DNA of 63,873 nt, the filler included, from an uncultured bacterium (GTDB lineage Bacteria; UBA8481): NCBI GenBank assembly GCA_964499705.1. It is 3 parts of 3 records of this genome, joined end to end, with 100 filler letters (N's around TTAATTAATTAA, not from the genome) between each part and the next. Parts side by side here need not be neighbours in the genome. Positions count along the whole stretch, not along the records: positions 1 to 25,992 come from CAZCME010000031.1; 2 more parts are not named here. One strand, 5' to 3'. The notes below the pieces were generated by a model. That model was given only the letters and a program-made list of their open reading frames with translations, was not told the origin of the DNA and did not search any database. Shown here one piece after another: positions 1 through 9,011 of the stretch. The position numbers were made by a program, and so were the translations under genes. Numbering within the stretch: the stretch's first letter is position 1; every line of letters starts with the position of its first letter.

Positions 1-91
1 CGTTATAGTACATCGTGGTGCCGGCTCCCACCTGGACGATCAACACGATGACGGCTGCAAGAACTGAAAAACACCTGAACTTTTCGCTCAC
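1..91 (-). CDS. 5' end of a hypothetical exported protein running off the window edge
   Basis: GTG at 91 preceded by AGGAGG (99-104); frame open to position 1, reading MSEKFRCFSVLAAVIVLIVQVGAGTTMYYN (signal-peptide-like). Confidence 0.5.
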   Translation of the reverse strand, partial: MSEKFRCFSVLAAVIVLIVQVGAGTTMYYN

Positions 92-173
92 GAAACTACC
101 TCCTGTCATTTCCCCGTCAGGGGAAAAGTGCGGAGCAAGACAGTATAGCCGACGAATGACCCGTTTCCCACCG

Positions 174-851
174 TTACCTTGAAATTTCTTTTGCGCGGAA
201 CGAGTCGCGGAGCATTCTCAGGCCCGTCCATTTCTTCTCCGTATGCTCTTCCGCGTGAGCGATGCAGACGGCAAAGAGCGCGTCCCGCGTGGGCGCGGAC
301 AGGCGGTATCGACGCCAGTTCGCGGGATCGTCATGGGTCACACGGCTGATGAAGTTCGCGGCTCCCGACTTCAATGGCGCATCCGGCAATCCAAAACCCG
401 CCTGCGATGACCAGGAGATGTAGAAAGCCAGGAGCGGTGTCCAGGGCTCCCGGGCGTAACCGAGCTCACGCCGGAATGTGGCGGCGAGCGGATAGGTCGC
501 CTTCTCCATCCCTTCGTGCGGCCCCGCGTGATAGATCAATTCTCCCGCGCTCTGCATGACAACGGGCATCCTCCAGTCCTCCGACGAAGGCGGCCTCACC
601 TGCACTTCCGCTTCCTTGACGGTCCAGAGCTCACCGCCCAGCCGCCGATAGAAAGATCCCTTGAGAAATGTGAACGGTTCGAAGGCTCCGGCAAACCGGC
701 TTCCCGGCCTCCGCACACCCGGCACCACCGCGTCCAGGCGTCCGAAATCGCGCGCCAGCAGGAGCATGATCCTGTCATTTTCACGGAGTTTCCGTGATCC
801 CAGAACGCAGACTTCGAAGTTCCTCGATCGCGTATCGATCTCACCGCTCAT
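174..851 (-). CDS. recO: DNA repair protein RecO
   Basis: N-terminal OB-fold pattern VLGSRKLRENDRIMLLLARDFGRL..VVPGVRRPGSRFAGAFEPF. Confidence 0.85.
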   Translation of the reverse strand: MSGEIDTRSRNFEVCVLGSRKLRENDRIMLLLARDFGRLDAVVPGVRRPGSRFAGAFEPFTFLKGSFYRRLGGELWTVKEAEVQVRPPSSEDWRMPVVMQSAGELIYHAGPHEGMEKATYPLAATFRRELGYAREPWTPLLAFYISWSSQAGFGLPDAPLKSGAANFISRVTHDDPANWRRYRLSAPTRDALFAVCIAHAEEHTEKKWTGLRMLRDSFRAKEISR

Positions 852-964
852 GTGGAAAGTCTCCCCGGGTTACCCCCTCTTGACAACAGGCGGCGTTTCC
901 ATCCATTATTAACCATGTCATTTATAGACACATTTGGTTCCAGGACCGTCCTCGGCGGGCCGGA

Positions 965-1138
965 TTATGTCCCGCGAACCATGCCTGACGAGCTCGTCGC
1001 AAGCACGCGCATCAACACCGCCCGCTCCATCGCCGTGGACTCGATCACCGAAAGTTTCAACCGTTCCACATCGGAAACCACGTCGCTCGCGAGCGTCGTT
1101 TCCAGTTCTCTGGGCAAAGGATCCTTCTTCAGCGGCAC
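965..1138 (-). CDS. small hypothetical protein (57 aa)
   Basis: GTG..TAA ORF MPLKKDPLPRELETTLASDVVSDVERLKLSVIESTAMERAVLMRVLATSSSGMVRGT just downstream of scpA; protein-like composition; below the ORF-track length cut-off. Confidence 0.4.
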   Translation of the reverse strand: MPLKKDPLPRELETTLASDVVSDVERLKLSVIESTAMERAVLMRVLATSSSGMVRGT

Positions 1139-1150
1139 GGCCTGAGAAGA

Positions 1151-1945
1151 TCACTCCTCCCTAAGCATCACCCGGATTTCCCCCAGTGTGTCATTCTGAA
1201 CCGCCATCAGTTCCTCCGACCGGATAAGCTCCAGGATCGCGAGGAACGTCGCGACGAGCACCGCGCGGGAATCCACGGAACCGAAGATCTCGGTGAAGAG
1301 AACGCTCTTTCGGTCTCGCAGGAGCGAACGGAGCCTCACCATGCAGTCCTCGATCCGGATCGGTTCGCGGGCGAGTTCGTGGACTTCCTCGATCGGCGCC
1401 CGCCGCAGGACGGATCGGAACGCTTCGAGGAGTTTCGTGAGGTCGACCTTCAGGACCTCCTCCTGCTCCGGTTCGAGGTAAGGCCTGTTCCTGAGGAAGA
1501 CCTTCGAGCGCGCGCGCATCTTTTCCTCCAGGTTCGACGCGACGGCCTTGAAGCGCTCGTATTCCTGGAGAAGTCTGATGAGGTCTTCCTTCGACATCTC
1601 GTCATCGTCGAGCAATTCCGATTCGTCGCGCGGAAGGAGATCTCGCGTCTTGATCTGGATGAGCGTCGCCGCCATGACGAGAAAGTCGCCGATCGCGTCG
1701 AGCTCCTCGCCCTCCACGATCAGCTCGTGCTGGATCGAGCGCACATGCGCCAGGAACTGGTCCGTGATCTCCGCGAGCGGAATGTCGGTCACGGTCATCT
1801 GCTTTTCCTTCACGAGGTGCAGCAGCAGGTCCAGCGGGCCTTCGAATTTCTCCAGCAGCACATGATGCCCCTCCCAGCGTGTGCCGTCCGGGAGCTTGAT
1901 GCCTTCGGGAATTTTCCAGTCTTTTTTTTCGATCATGTCGCTCAC
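1151..1945 (-). CDS. scpA: segregation and condensation protein A (SMC kleisin)
   Basis: FEGPLDLLLHL, FLVMAATLIQIKTR.LLP and VATFLAILELIR motifs. Confidence 0.95.
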   Translation of the reverse strand: MSDMIEKKDWKIPEGIKLPDGTRWEGHHVLLEKFEGPLDLLLHLVKEKQMTVTDIPLAEITDQFLAHVRSIQHELIVEGEELDAIGDFLVMAATLIQIKTRDLLPRDESELLDDDEMSKEDLIRLLQEYERFKAVASNLEEKMRARSKVFLRNRPYLEPEQEEVLKVDLTKLLEAFRSVLRRAPIEEVHELAREPIRIEDCMVRLRSLLRDRKSVLFTEIFGSVDSRAVLVATFLAILELIRSEELMAVQNDTLGEIRVMLREE

Positions 1946-2925
1946 TCGGGCAGCACCATGCCCACCGACTGCGCGACCCGATTCATCGTTTCGGCCGCGG
2001 CTGCGGAGGCGCGCCGGGCGCCGGCCGCCATCACGGCGCGGACGTCGTCATCGGAGATCGTGCCGCGGCGGGCGCGATATTCTCCGAGCGCGCGGTCGAG
2101 ACTATCCATCAGGATCTTCTTGCAGTCGACGCAGCCGAGAGCGGCCGTCGTGCATCCCTGCCGGATTTCGCCGGTCTGTTCGACGGAATAGATCGCGTGA
2201 TACGGATACAGATTGCAATGGTCGGGATTGCCGGGATCGGTGCGAAGCTTCCTGGCTTCGTCCGTCTTCATCGACCTGATTCTCTTCTGCGTTTCCTCCG
2301 CGGTCGCGGCCAGCTCGACCGTGTTGCCGTACGACTTGGACATCTTGCGCCCGTCCGTGCCCATCAGCTTCGGCGAGCTCGTCAACAGCGGCTGCGGCTC
2401 CACGAGCCGCGCGCCCGGAAAACGCGCGTTGAATTTCCGGATCACTTCCCGCGCCAGTTCCAGGTGCGTCACCTGGTCTTCTCCGACGGGAACCTTGTCG
2501 GCGCCGTACAGCGTGACGTCGGCGGCCATCAGGACGGGATAGGCCAGGAGCCCGAGATTCTCCGATCCCGAGCCGAGTTCGGCGACGCGGTCCTTGTACG
2601 TGGGGCATCGCTCGAGCCAGGAGACCGGGGTCACCATGCCGAGGAGCGTCGCCAGGGAGACATGCGCGGGCACGTGGGACTGGACGAAGATGGTGGATTT
2701 TGCCGGATCGATGCCGAGCGCGAGCCAGTCGCGGATCATCTCGAAACTCCACTGCGAAATGTCCTCCGGCTCGTACCGGTCCGTCAGCGCATGAACATCA
2801 GCGACGAAGTAGAAACATTCGTGCTCGTCCTGCATCCGGAGCCAGTTGCGGATCACGCCTTCGAGATGGCCCAGGTGGAGCCGGCCCGTGGGGCGCATGC
2901 CGGAGACGACGCGATTGTTCTTCAA
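1942..2925 (-). CDS. trpS: tryptophan--tRNA ligase
   Basis: SGMRPTGRLHLGH (HIGH), YPVLMAAD, VPVGEDQ, KMSKS. Confidence 0.97.
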   Translation of the reverse strand: MKNNRVVSGMRPTGRLHLGHLEGVIRNWLRMQDEHECFYFVADVHALTDRYEPEDISQWSFEMIRDWLALGIDPAKSTIFVQSHVPAHVSLATLLGMVTPVSWLERCPTYKDRVAELGSGSENLGLLAYPVLMAADVTLYGADKVPVGEDQVTHLELAREVIRKFNARFPGARLVEPQPLLTSSPKLMGTDGRKMSKSYGNTVELAATAEETQKRIRSMKTDEARKLRTDPGNPDHCNLYPYHAIYSVEQTGEIRQGCTTAALGCVDCKKILMDSLDRALGEYRARRGTISDDDVRAVMAAGARRASAAAAETMNRVAQSVGMVLPE

Positions 2926-2938
2926 GGACGAAGTCCGC

Positions 2939-4735
2939 TCAGGCCGCGGGATCGAGATAGACGATCGCGCCGCCCTGCTCGACCATCCCGCCGCTCTCCA
3001 CGGCGAAGGATCGCACCACGCCCTTCTGCTCCGCCTTCACCTCGTGGAAAAGCTTCATCGCCTCCACAAGGCCGATCACGGTCTCCTCGCTCACTTCGCT
3101 GCCGACATCCACGAACGGCGGCTGGCCCGGTCCCGACGAGCGATAGAACGTGCCCGAGAGAGGAGCCACGCACGCGAGCTTGGACTCCGGCTCCGAACTT
3201 TCCACCGTCATTTCCTCCATCTCGAATTCGGAAGGCTCGCCCGGAACGGGAGACCTCGCGGCGGCGGAGGGAGTGGGAGCGGAGCGTTTCACGAGTCGGA
3301 CGTGGAAATCCTTCCCGGAGAGTTCGAGTTTCCGGACGGCGCGGCGATCCATGAAGGCCGTGAGAAGTTCGAGCCGCGAATCGACATTGGAGACGACGGC
3401 TTTCCGGGGAATCTGCGGATCCTTGCGGTGACGGAAGAAGGAGAGCGCGAGCTGGCCGAAGAGCGCGTAGGTGATGATGTCCTCGCTTTTCTGGAAGAGC
3501 CCCTCCTTCTTCAATTCCGCCTCGCAGGCTTCGAGCCGGTCGGGCAGGAGCGCGGAGGATCGGCCCGTCATCTGCGTGACACCCTTCAGGAGATCGGGGT
3601 TCACTTCTCCGGGAGGAGTGCCGTACATGCCGCGGAGATAATCGTGCACTTCGCGGGACATGACGGAATAGCGCTTGCCGAAGATGACATTCTGGATCGC
3701 CTGAGCGGAGACCATCTGGGAGATGGGCGTGATGAGCGGGGGCCATCCGAAATCCTCGCGGACACGCGTCACTTCGGCGAGGATGTCGGAAAGGCGGCCG
3801 AGCGCGTTGATGCCCCTGAGCTCGGAGATGAGACCGGTCAGCATGCCGATCGGGATCTTGTGAACGGAGATCATGCTCTGGAAGAGCTGCTGCTCGTCCA
3901 GGCCGATGGAATGCCGGACCGCGATCTGCTCCGCCATTTTCGAATACGCCTTCAGCGCCTTGCGGTCGATCGACGTCTCCACGTGCATGTCGGCGATGGC
4001 TTCGAGCATCGCTTCCGACGTCGGCTGCGCGGCGGCTATGGAGAAGGGCGCGATGGTGCAGTCGATGCCGACGGCGCCGGCCTCGATCGCGGCGATGTAG
4101 GAGACGGCTCCCATGCCGGTGATGGACCGGGAATGGATGCAGACCGGCGCAAAACCGCTGATGGCGTGAACGAGCGAACGGGCGACGGACGGAGTCAGGA
4201 TACCGGCGATGTCGTTGATGCAGACGCTGCGGCAACCGAGATCCACGAGGTGCTTGGCGTCCATCGCGAATCGCTCCACGCTGTGAACCGGGCTCTGCGT
4301 GTAGATGATGGCGCCCTGGGGCTCCACGCCCGCGTCGATAAAGGCGGAGATGACGAACTCCAGGTTGGGGATGTCATTCAACGAATCGAAGACGCGCGCG
4401 ACGCGGATGCCGTTGCGGGCAGCCTCCCGCGCGAAAGCGTTCGTGACGTCCAGGGACATCGGGCGGTAACCGAGGAGATTCTGGCCGCGAACGATGATCC
4501 GCAGGGGGGTGTGCGACATCTTCTGCGAGAGAATGCGGAGCCGATCCCAGGGATCCTCGTTCAGGTACCGCAGGCAGGCGTCGAACGTGGCGCCGCCCCA
4601 TACCTCGGCGGAATGAAAACCCACCGCGTCCATGGCCTCGGCCAGCGGCAGGATCTCCTTCGCCGGCAGCGGAGCCTTCCGCAGGGCGTGCGTGGAATCG
4701 GAGAGCGTGGTATCGTGGATCTCGATGGAGCGCAT
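2939..4735 (-). CDS. pyruvate carboxylase subunit B / oxaloacetate decarboxylase alpha-like carboxyltransferase with degenerate active site, fused to a biotin carboxyl carrier domain
   Basis: EVWGGATFDACLRYLNEDPWDRLR, RGQNLLGY, GWPPLITPISQ; C-terminal APLSGTFYR...EAMKL; start set at ATG 4735 (MRSIEIHDTT). Confidence 0.88.
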   Translation of the reverse strand: MRSIEIHDTTLSDSTHALRKAPLPAKEILPLAEAMDAVGFHSAEVWGGATFDACLRYLNEDPWDRLRILSQKMSHTPLRIIVRGQNLLGYRPMSLDVTNAFAREAARNGIRVARVFDSLNDIPNLEFVISAFIDAGVEPQGAIIYTQSPVHSVERFAMDAKHLVDLGCRSVCINDIAGILTPSVARSLVHAISGFAPVCIHSRSITGMGAVSYIAAIEAGAVGIDCTIAPFSIAAAQPTSEAMLEAIADMHVETSIDRKALKAYSKMAEQIAVRHSIGLDEQQLFQSMISVHKIPIGMLTGLISELRGINALGRLSDILAEVTRVREDFGWPPLITPISQMVSAQAIQNVIFGKRYSVMSREVHDYLRGMYGTPPGEVNPDLLKGVTQMTGRSSALLPDRLEACEAELKKEGLFQKSEDIITYALFGQLALSFFRHRKDPQIPRKAVVSNVDSRLELLTAFMDRRAVRKLELSGKDFHVRLVKRSAPTPSAAARSPVPGEPSEFEMEEMTVESSEPESKLACVAPLSGTFYRSSGPGQPPFVDVGSEVSEETVIGLVEAMKLFHEVKAEQKGVVRSFAVESGGMVEQGGAIVYLDPAA

Positions 4736-4777
4736 GGGCGCAATCGTAGCGGAAGCGGGGGAATGCGGGAAGAGCGA

Positions 4778-5992
4778 ATGAAAAATCAAAGGGCAAAAGG
4801 CGGGGATCACTTGTTAAAAGTACTGCTGGCAGCGGCAGTATTCGCATGCGCTGCGGTTTCGTTCGCGGCCTCCTCCACCCGACCCGCGACGCCGGGCGGC
4901 GGTACGACCGATCTCCGGATGATGTGGAGCCTTGGCAAGTGCCAGGGAACCGGACCGATCCGGCTGAAAGCATCGCCCATTCGGATAGAGGATCTGAAGT
5001 CGATCACCCCGATGGGCCTGATGGTCGGCGGCCATGTCACGCCGAGCGATCATCTCGGCATGCAATCATCGAAGGAGTTATTCGATGTGGTCGCTCCGGC
5101 CGACGGCTTCATCGTGGCGATCCAGCTCCGCAACATGCCGACGCTCGATCCGGCCAATCCCGGCGAGAAGCACGAGTATCAGATCATCATCGAACACTCC
5201 TGCACGTTCTGGACATTTCTCGATCTCATCAATGAGCTCGACCCTATGATCCTGAAAGCCGTTGCGGGCGCGCCCGAGGCAGGCGTGAGTGGTAGCCGCG
5301 AGATCACCGGCGGGCCGGCCTCGCACTTCAGGATACCCGTGAAAGCCGGCCAGGTGCTGGGCGTGGTGCGCGGCAAGCATGGCATCGACTTCGCCGTGGT
5401 GAACACGGAGGTGACGCTCGCGGGCTTCGTCGTGCCGGCGCACTACAACAGTTATCCGGCCAAGATCCACACGGTCGATCCGTTCGATTATTATGATGAA
5501 CCTCTGAAGAGCAGGATGCTGGAGTTCAATCCCAGGAAGACCGCGCCGCGCGGAGGAAAGATCGACTACGATGTGGACGGCCGGCTCATCGGGAACTGGT
5601 TTCTCGAGGGCACAAACGGCCTAGCCGGATCCGGCCGCGACCGCAGGCTCTACTGGAAGAATCATCTCTCCATCGTCTACCACCACATCGACGCTTCGAA
5701 GATCACAGTCTCCATGGGCGACTTCGGCGGCACGGCGCGGCAATATTGGGTGAAGGGAAATTCACCGGATCCCGCGGTCGTCTCCGAGACGACAGGAATC
5801 GTGAAGTACGAACTCGTCTGGGCCGCGATCGGAAGCAACGGCCAGGCATTCGCGGGAAGAGACGAACGTGTGCAGGGAATTCTGCTGGCGCAGGTGATGC
5901 CGGGTCGCAAGGCGCGCATCGAGGCCTTTCCCGGAAAGACGGCGAGCGAGGTGAAAGGCTTCACGGCGAATGCGAAGATCTTCGAACGGTAG
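4778..5992 (+). CDS. secreted hypothetical protein with a degenerate M23/hybrid-motif-like segment
   Basis: signal peptide LLKVLLAAAVFACAAVSFA; VVAPADG and IPVKAGQVLG segments; the upstream part of the 1048-aa ORF is antisense shadow; start may instead be TTG 4811. Confidence 0.7.
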   Translation: MKNQRAKGGDHLLKVLLAAAVFACAAVSFAASSTRPATPGGGTTDLRMMWSLGKCQGTGPIRLKASPIRIEDLKSITPMGLMVGGHVTPSDHLGMQSSKELFDVVAPADGFIVAIQLRNMPTLDPANPGEKHEYQIIIEHSCTFWTFLDLINELDPMILKAVAGAPEAGVSGSREITGGPASHFRIPVKAGQVLGVVRGKHGIDFAVVNTEVTLAGFVVPAHYNSYPAKIHTVDPFDYYDEPLKSRMLEFNPRKTAPRGGKIDYDVDGRLIGNWFLEGTNGLAGSGRDRRLYWKNHLSIVYHHIDASKITVSMGDFGGTARQYWVKGNSPDPAVVSETTGIVKYELVWAAIGSNGQAFAGRDERVQGILLAQVMPGRKARIEAFPGKTASEVKGFTANAKIFER

Positions 5993-6338
5993 AGGCGGAT
6001 TCGAGGATATCAGGCGCGTCATCCTCCGGACGCTGGAGGAGTTACCTTCCGATATTCGCGATGCGCTCGCACGCTGCGGCGCATCCATCGACGTGCTCGA
6101 CGAGCCGCCGCCGGATGTCGGAGCCGACACCTACGGCACGATGTGCGGAGGAACCGCCTACGACATGGAGTCGCCATATTCGGTGGCGCCTGAGCCTCCG
6201 CGGATCGAACTGTATGTTTCGAGCTTCCGGGATCTCGTCGGCGACCGGCGCGCCTGGGAGAACGAAGTCCGGCTCACGGTAATCCACGAAATCGGGCATT
6301 TCATCGGGCTGGGGGAGGAAGATCTGGAGGATGTTTAG
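5970..6338 (+). CDS. minimal zincin (Zincin_1-type) metallopeptidase family protein
   Basis: PPRIELY...EVRLTVIHEIGHFIGLGEEDL (HExxH). Confidence 0.85.
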   Translation: MRRSSNGRGGFEDIRRVILRTLEELPSDIRDALARCGASIDVLDEPPPDVGADTYGTMCGGTAYDMESPYSVAPEPPRIELYVSSFRDLVGDRRAWENEVRLTVIHEIGHFIGLGEEDLEDV

Positions 6339-6432
6339 CCGTCATTCGTGCGAAAGCAGGTGACGGTTCAGGAAGTCTTCGCCTCTCGAAATCAGTCCCC
6401 GGCGCGAATCCCCAGACGGAGTGACGCTCGCG

Positions 6433-6452
6433 AATGTAATTAATATCACATT
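6433..6452. promoter_or_regulatory. CRP/FNR-family-like operator
   Basis: AATGTAAttaataTCACATT, matching TGTGA-N6-TCACA with one mismatch, about 90 nt upstream of the 6544 gene. Confidence 0.5.
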
Positions 6453-6543
6453 GCGATCCCGGAGCTATATCCACTAACATACAATCAGTTGCGCGGATAC
6501 AGGACCGAGTCTCAGGTCGATTCGGATTCATCAAGGAGGAAAC

Positions 6544-8169
6544 ATGACACGTCTCAGGGCTTCGACCGGGATTATCGCGTTGTTACTATTGGCATTGGGA
6601 TCCAGCGGAACTTATTCCGCAACTTCAGCAACCGATCTTTTCGGAAACGAGCAGGATCGTTCCGTCTCGATCGCATCGGCTACATCCAGCGAAATCGTCG
6701 GCATGGCCGCCTCCGATCCGACGCGCTCGCCGAGCCGCGCGAGGCCGCCGGCGCGCAACCGCCGAGTTTACACGCCCAAGGATCCGAATTCACCTCCGCC
6801 CCCCTCGGATTCCGACAATGACGGCGTCACGGACGACAAAGATAACTGTCCCGGAACCCCTGCCGGCGTCACCGTCGACTCGAACGGATGCCCTCCGCCT
6901 CCGCCGCCGCCCGATTCCGACGGTGACGGCGTTCCGGATGCCACGGATAACTGTCCCCTGGCGGCGAATCCGGGACAGGAAGACGAAGACGGGGACGGCA
7001 TCGGCGATGTCTGCGACAACTGCCCAAAAGTTGCGAACCCGGGACAGGAAGACGCGGACGGGGATGGCATCGGCGACGTGTGTAAACTTCCCATCTCACC
7101 GGGCAAGCGCCTGGTAGTCTGGGGCGACAACGGTTCGGGGCAGCTTACCGGAATTACCGACAACTCCGGGCAGGGCGCTCCGGAGAAAGAATACACTTCT
7201 ATACGCTTGGCCTCCAAACTTCAGGATGCGAATCACCCGCTGCCCGATGTGAACATACGTCAGGTAGTCGCGGGTAATGCAACCTCCTTCATACTTCTGG
7301 AGGACGGTACGGTTTGGGCGATGGGAGCTCACGCCCGAGGTGACGGTACAGATAACGGTATCGGTGCGAACGTCAGCAAAGATGTGCCAGGCCCCACGCA
7401 GGTGGTCGGAGTTGGTGGCAACGGTACGCTCGCAGGTGTTAAGATGCTGGCCAACGGGTCGGCTGGATACACCCTGGCTCTCCTGGACGACGGCTCTTTG
7501 GTGGCGTGGGGCAGCGGTTATGGAATCGCACCCGTGTCCGTGCATCCGGGGATTGCTTACATCGATGTCACCTCGCCGCATGAAGGCAGCAATGTCGGGC
7601 TCAGGAGCGACGGCACCGTCTGGTACATCGGAGGCGACAATGACGGCCTCCAGGTTCAACTGCCGGACAATAGCGGACCTGTCACCGGAGCCGTCGGTCT
7701 CGGTGCCGGCGGACATGGCATTTTTGTGATTGTCGGCGCGGACCGCACGGTACTGACCTATGGCACGAACCAGACACTGGAATCCCGCGGGCTTGCGGGC
7801 GCGGAACCGCCGGGAACAGTCGTTGGTCTTAGCAACATCATCGCCGTGAGCGCCGCGCATTTTCACACGCTCGCGCTCGACGCCGGCGGTACGGTGTATG
7901 CCTTTGGTGAAAATAATGTCGGAGAGCTGGGCTTCGATCCGAATGCCGGGAAATCCTCCACACCCGTCAAGGTTGAAGGACTGCCGAAGATCAAGGCGAT
8001 TGCCGCGTGCAGCGGCAGGCCGACGGCACGTTCGGGTATGGCACTTGCGGAAGACGGTACGGTATGGGTCTGGGGCAACGGCGAATTCACGCCGAAACAG
8101 GTGGAATTACTGAAAGACGTCACCGGCATCGCCGGGGATGGGTTCTTTGACAGCAAGTACGTATGGTGA
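6544..8169 (+). CDS. secreted protein with thrombospondin type-3 repeats and an RCC1/BLIP-II-like beta-propeller
   Basis: AAGGAGG RBS; signal peptide; DSDNDGVTDDKDNCP and NPGQEDxDGDGIGDVC repeats; RCC1-like AAHFHTLALDAGGTVYAFGENNVGELG. Confidence 0.85.
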   Translation: MTRLRASTGIIALLLLALGSSGTYSATSATDLFGNEQDRSVSIASATSSEIVGMAASDPTRSPSRARPPARNRRVYTPKDPNSPPPPSDSDNDGVTDDKDNCPGTPAGVTVDSNGCPPPPPPPDSDGDGVPDATDNCPLAANPGQEDEDGDGIGDVCDNCPKVANPGQEDADGDGIGDVCKLPISPGKRLVVWGDNGSGQLTGITDNSGQGAPEKEYTSIRLASKLQDANHPLPDVNIRQVVAGNATSFILLEDGTVWAMGAHARGDGTDNGIGANVSKDVPGPTQVVGVGGNGTLAGVKMLANGSAGYTLALLDDGSLVAWGSGYGIAPVSVHPGIAYIDVTSPHEGSNVGLRSDGTVWYIGGDNDGLQVQLPDNSGPVTGAVGLGAGGHGIFVIVGADRTVLTYGTNQTLESRGLAGAEPPGTVVGLSNIIAVSAAHFHTLALDAGGTVYAFGENNVGELGFDPNAGKSSTPVKVEGLPKIKAIAACSGRPTARSGMALAEDGTVWVWGNGEFTPKQVELLKDVTGIAGDGFFDSKYVW

Positions 8170-8308
8170 AATCGCCTGTTCTTCTCAGGCTCTAAACAAG
8201 TTCGTTTCCGAGGTGCCGGGCCGTCCCGCGAAAGCTTGACGGTCCGGCTGGAAACAATAATGACAAAACTCGGCGAGCAGAAGTTCCCCATCCGATGACG
8301 GCACATTA

Positions 8309-8429
8309 ACAGGATAGGCAGGATGGGCAGGATTTGGGGTTGAAATAATCCGCCGACGAAAAGGATATGGAAAATCGGACGGCATTCGTTTCTACTCTGA
8401 ATCGATCCTGCCTATCCTGCTCATCCTGT
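8309..8429. repeat. inverted repeat built of 9-nt CAGGAT-containing units (REP-like)
   Basis: ACAGGATAGGCAGGATGGGCAGGAT (8309-8333) versus ATCCTGCCTATCCTGCTCATCCTGT (8405-8429), between convergent genes. Confidence 0.75.
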
Positions 8430-8480
8430 CTATTTTTCGATGGGAAACTTCTACTCGACAAGCATCGCGACGTTCAAACT

Positions 8481-9011
8481 CTATTTTTCGGACAAGACAC
8501 TCGTATAAACGTCGAGATCGCGGGCGCTGAAGCAGACGAATCGGACGAGTTCGATCGAACCGGGATTCTTCAGAACTTCGCGCACGGTCTTCACCGCGAT
8601 CCGCGTCGCCTCTTCGATCGGATAACCGTAAACGCCCGTGGAGATCGCCGGAAAGGCGATCGACTTCAGGTTGTGCTCCTGGGCAAGCGCAAGCGAGTTG
8701 CGGTAGCAGGACGCGAGTTTGCCTGCTTCGCCCTGTCTTCCATCCTCGTAGACGGGACCGACCGTGTGAATGACATGTTTCGCCGGCAGGCGGAATCCAT
8801 CCGTGATCCTCGCCTCTCCGGTCGGGCATCGGACTCCGGGACACACTTCCGGAATTTTCCTGCAGGCCTCCATCAACGCGGAGCCCGCGGCGTAATGAAT
8901 CGCGCCGTCCACGCCGCCGCCTCCCAGCATCCGTTCGTTCGCGGCGTTCACGATCGCGTCCACTTCCACGCGCGTGATATTTTCCTGAACGGCTTCGATG
9001 CGGACGGTCAT
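8481..9011 (-). CDS. macro domain O-acetyl-ADP-ribose deacetylase (YmdB-like)
   Basis: DAIVNAAN..GGGGVDGAIH.AAG, VIHTVGP, SIAFPAISTGVYGYP. Confidence 0.93.
   Translation of the reverse strand: MTVRIEAVQENITRVEVDAIVNAANERMLGGGGVDGAIHYAAGSALMEACRKIPEVCPGVRCPTGEARITDGFRLPAKHVIHTVGPVYEDGRQGEAGKLASCYRNSLALAQEHNLKSIAFPAISTGVYGYPIEEATRIAVKTVREVLKNPGSIELVRFVCFSARDLDVYTSVLSEK

Noticed and set aside
174-851. RecO lacking the C4 zinc finger
   Set aside because: Zinc-less RecO proteins are known (e.g. E. coli); not unusual enough
2846-4777. N-terminal ~640 aa of the 1048-aa plus-strand ORF, read as a giant fusion protein
   Set aside because: Antisense shadow of the carboxyltransferase gene; protein-like sequence and a signal peptide begin only at 4778
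6800-7085. Direct DNA repeats (CCGGGACAGGAAGACG...GGCATCGGCGA) as a CRISPR-like array
   Set aside because: They encode in-frame TSP3 protein repeats; no repeat-spacer array or cas gene is seen anywhere in the window
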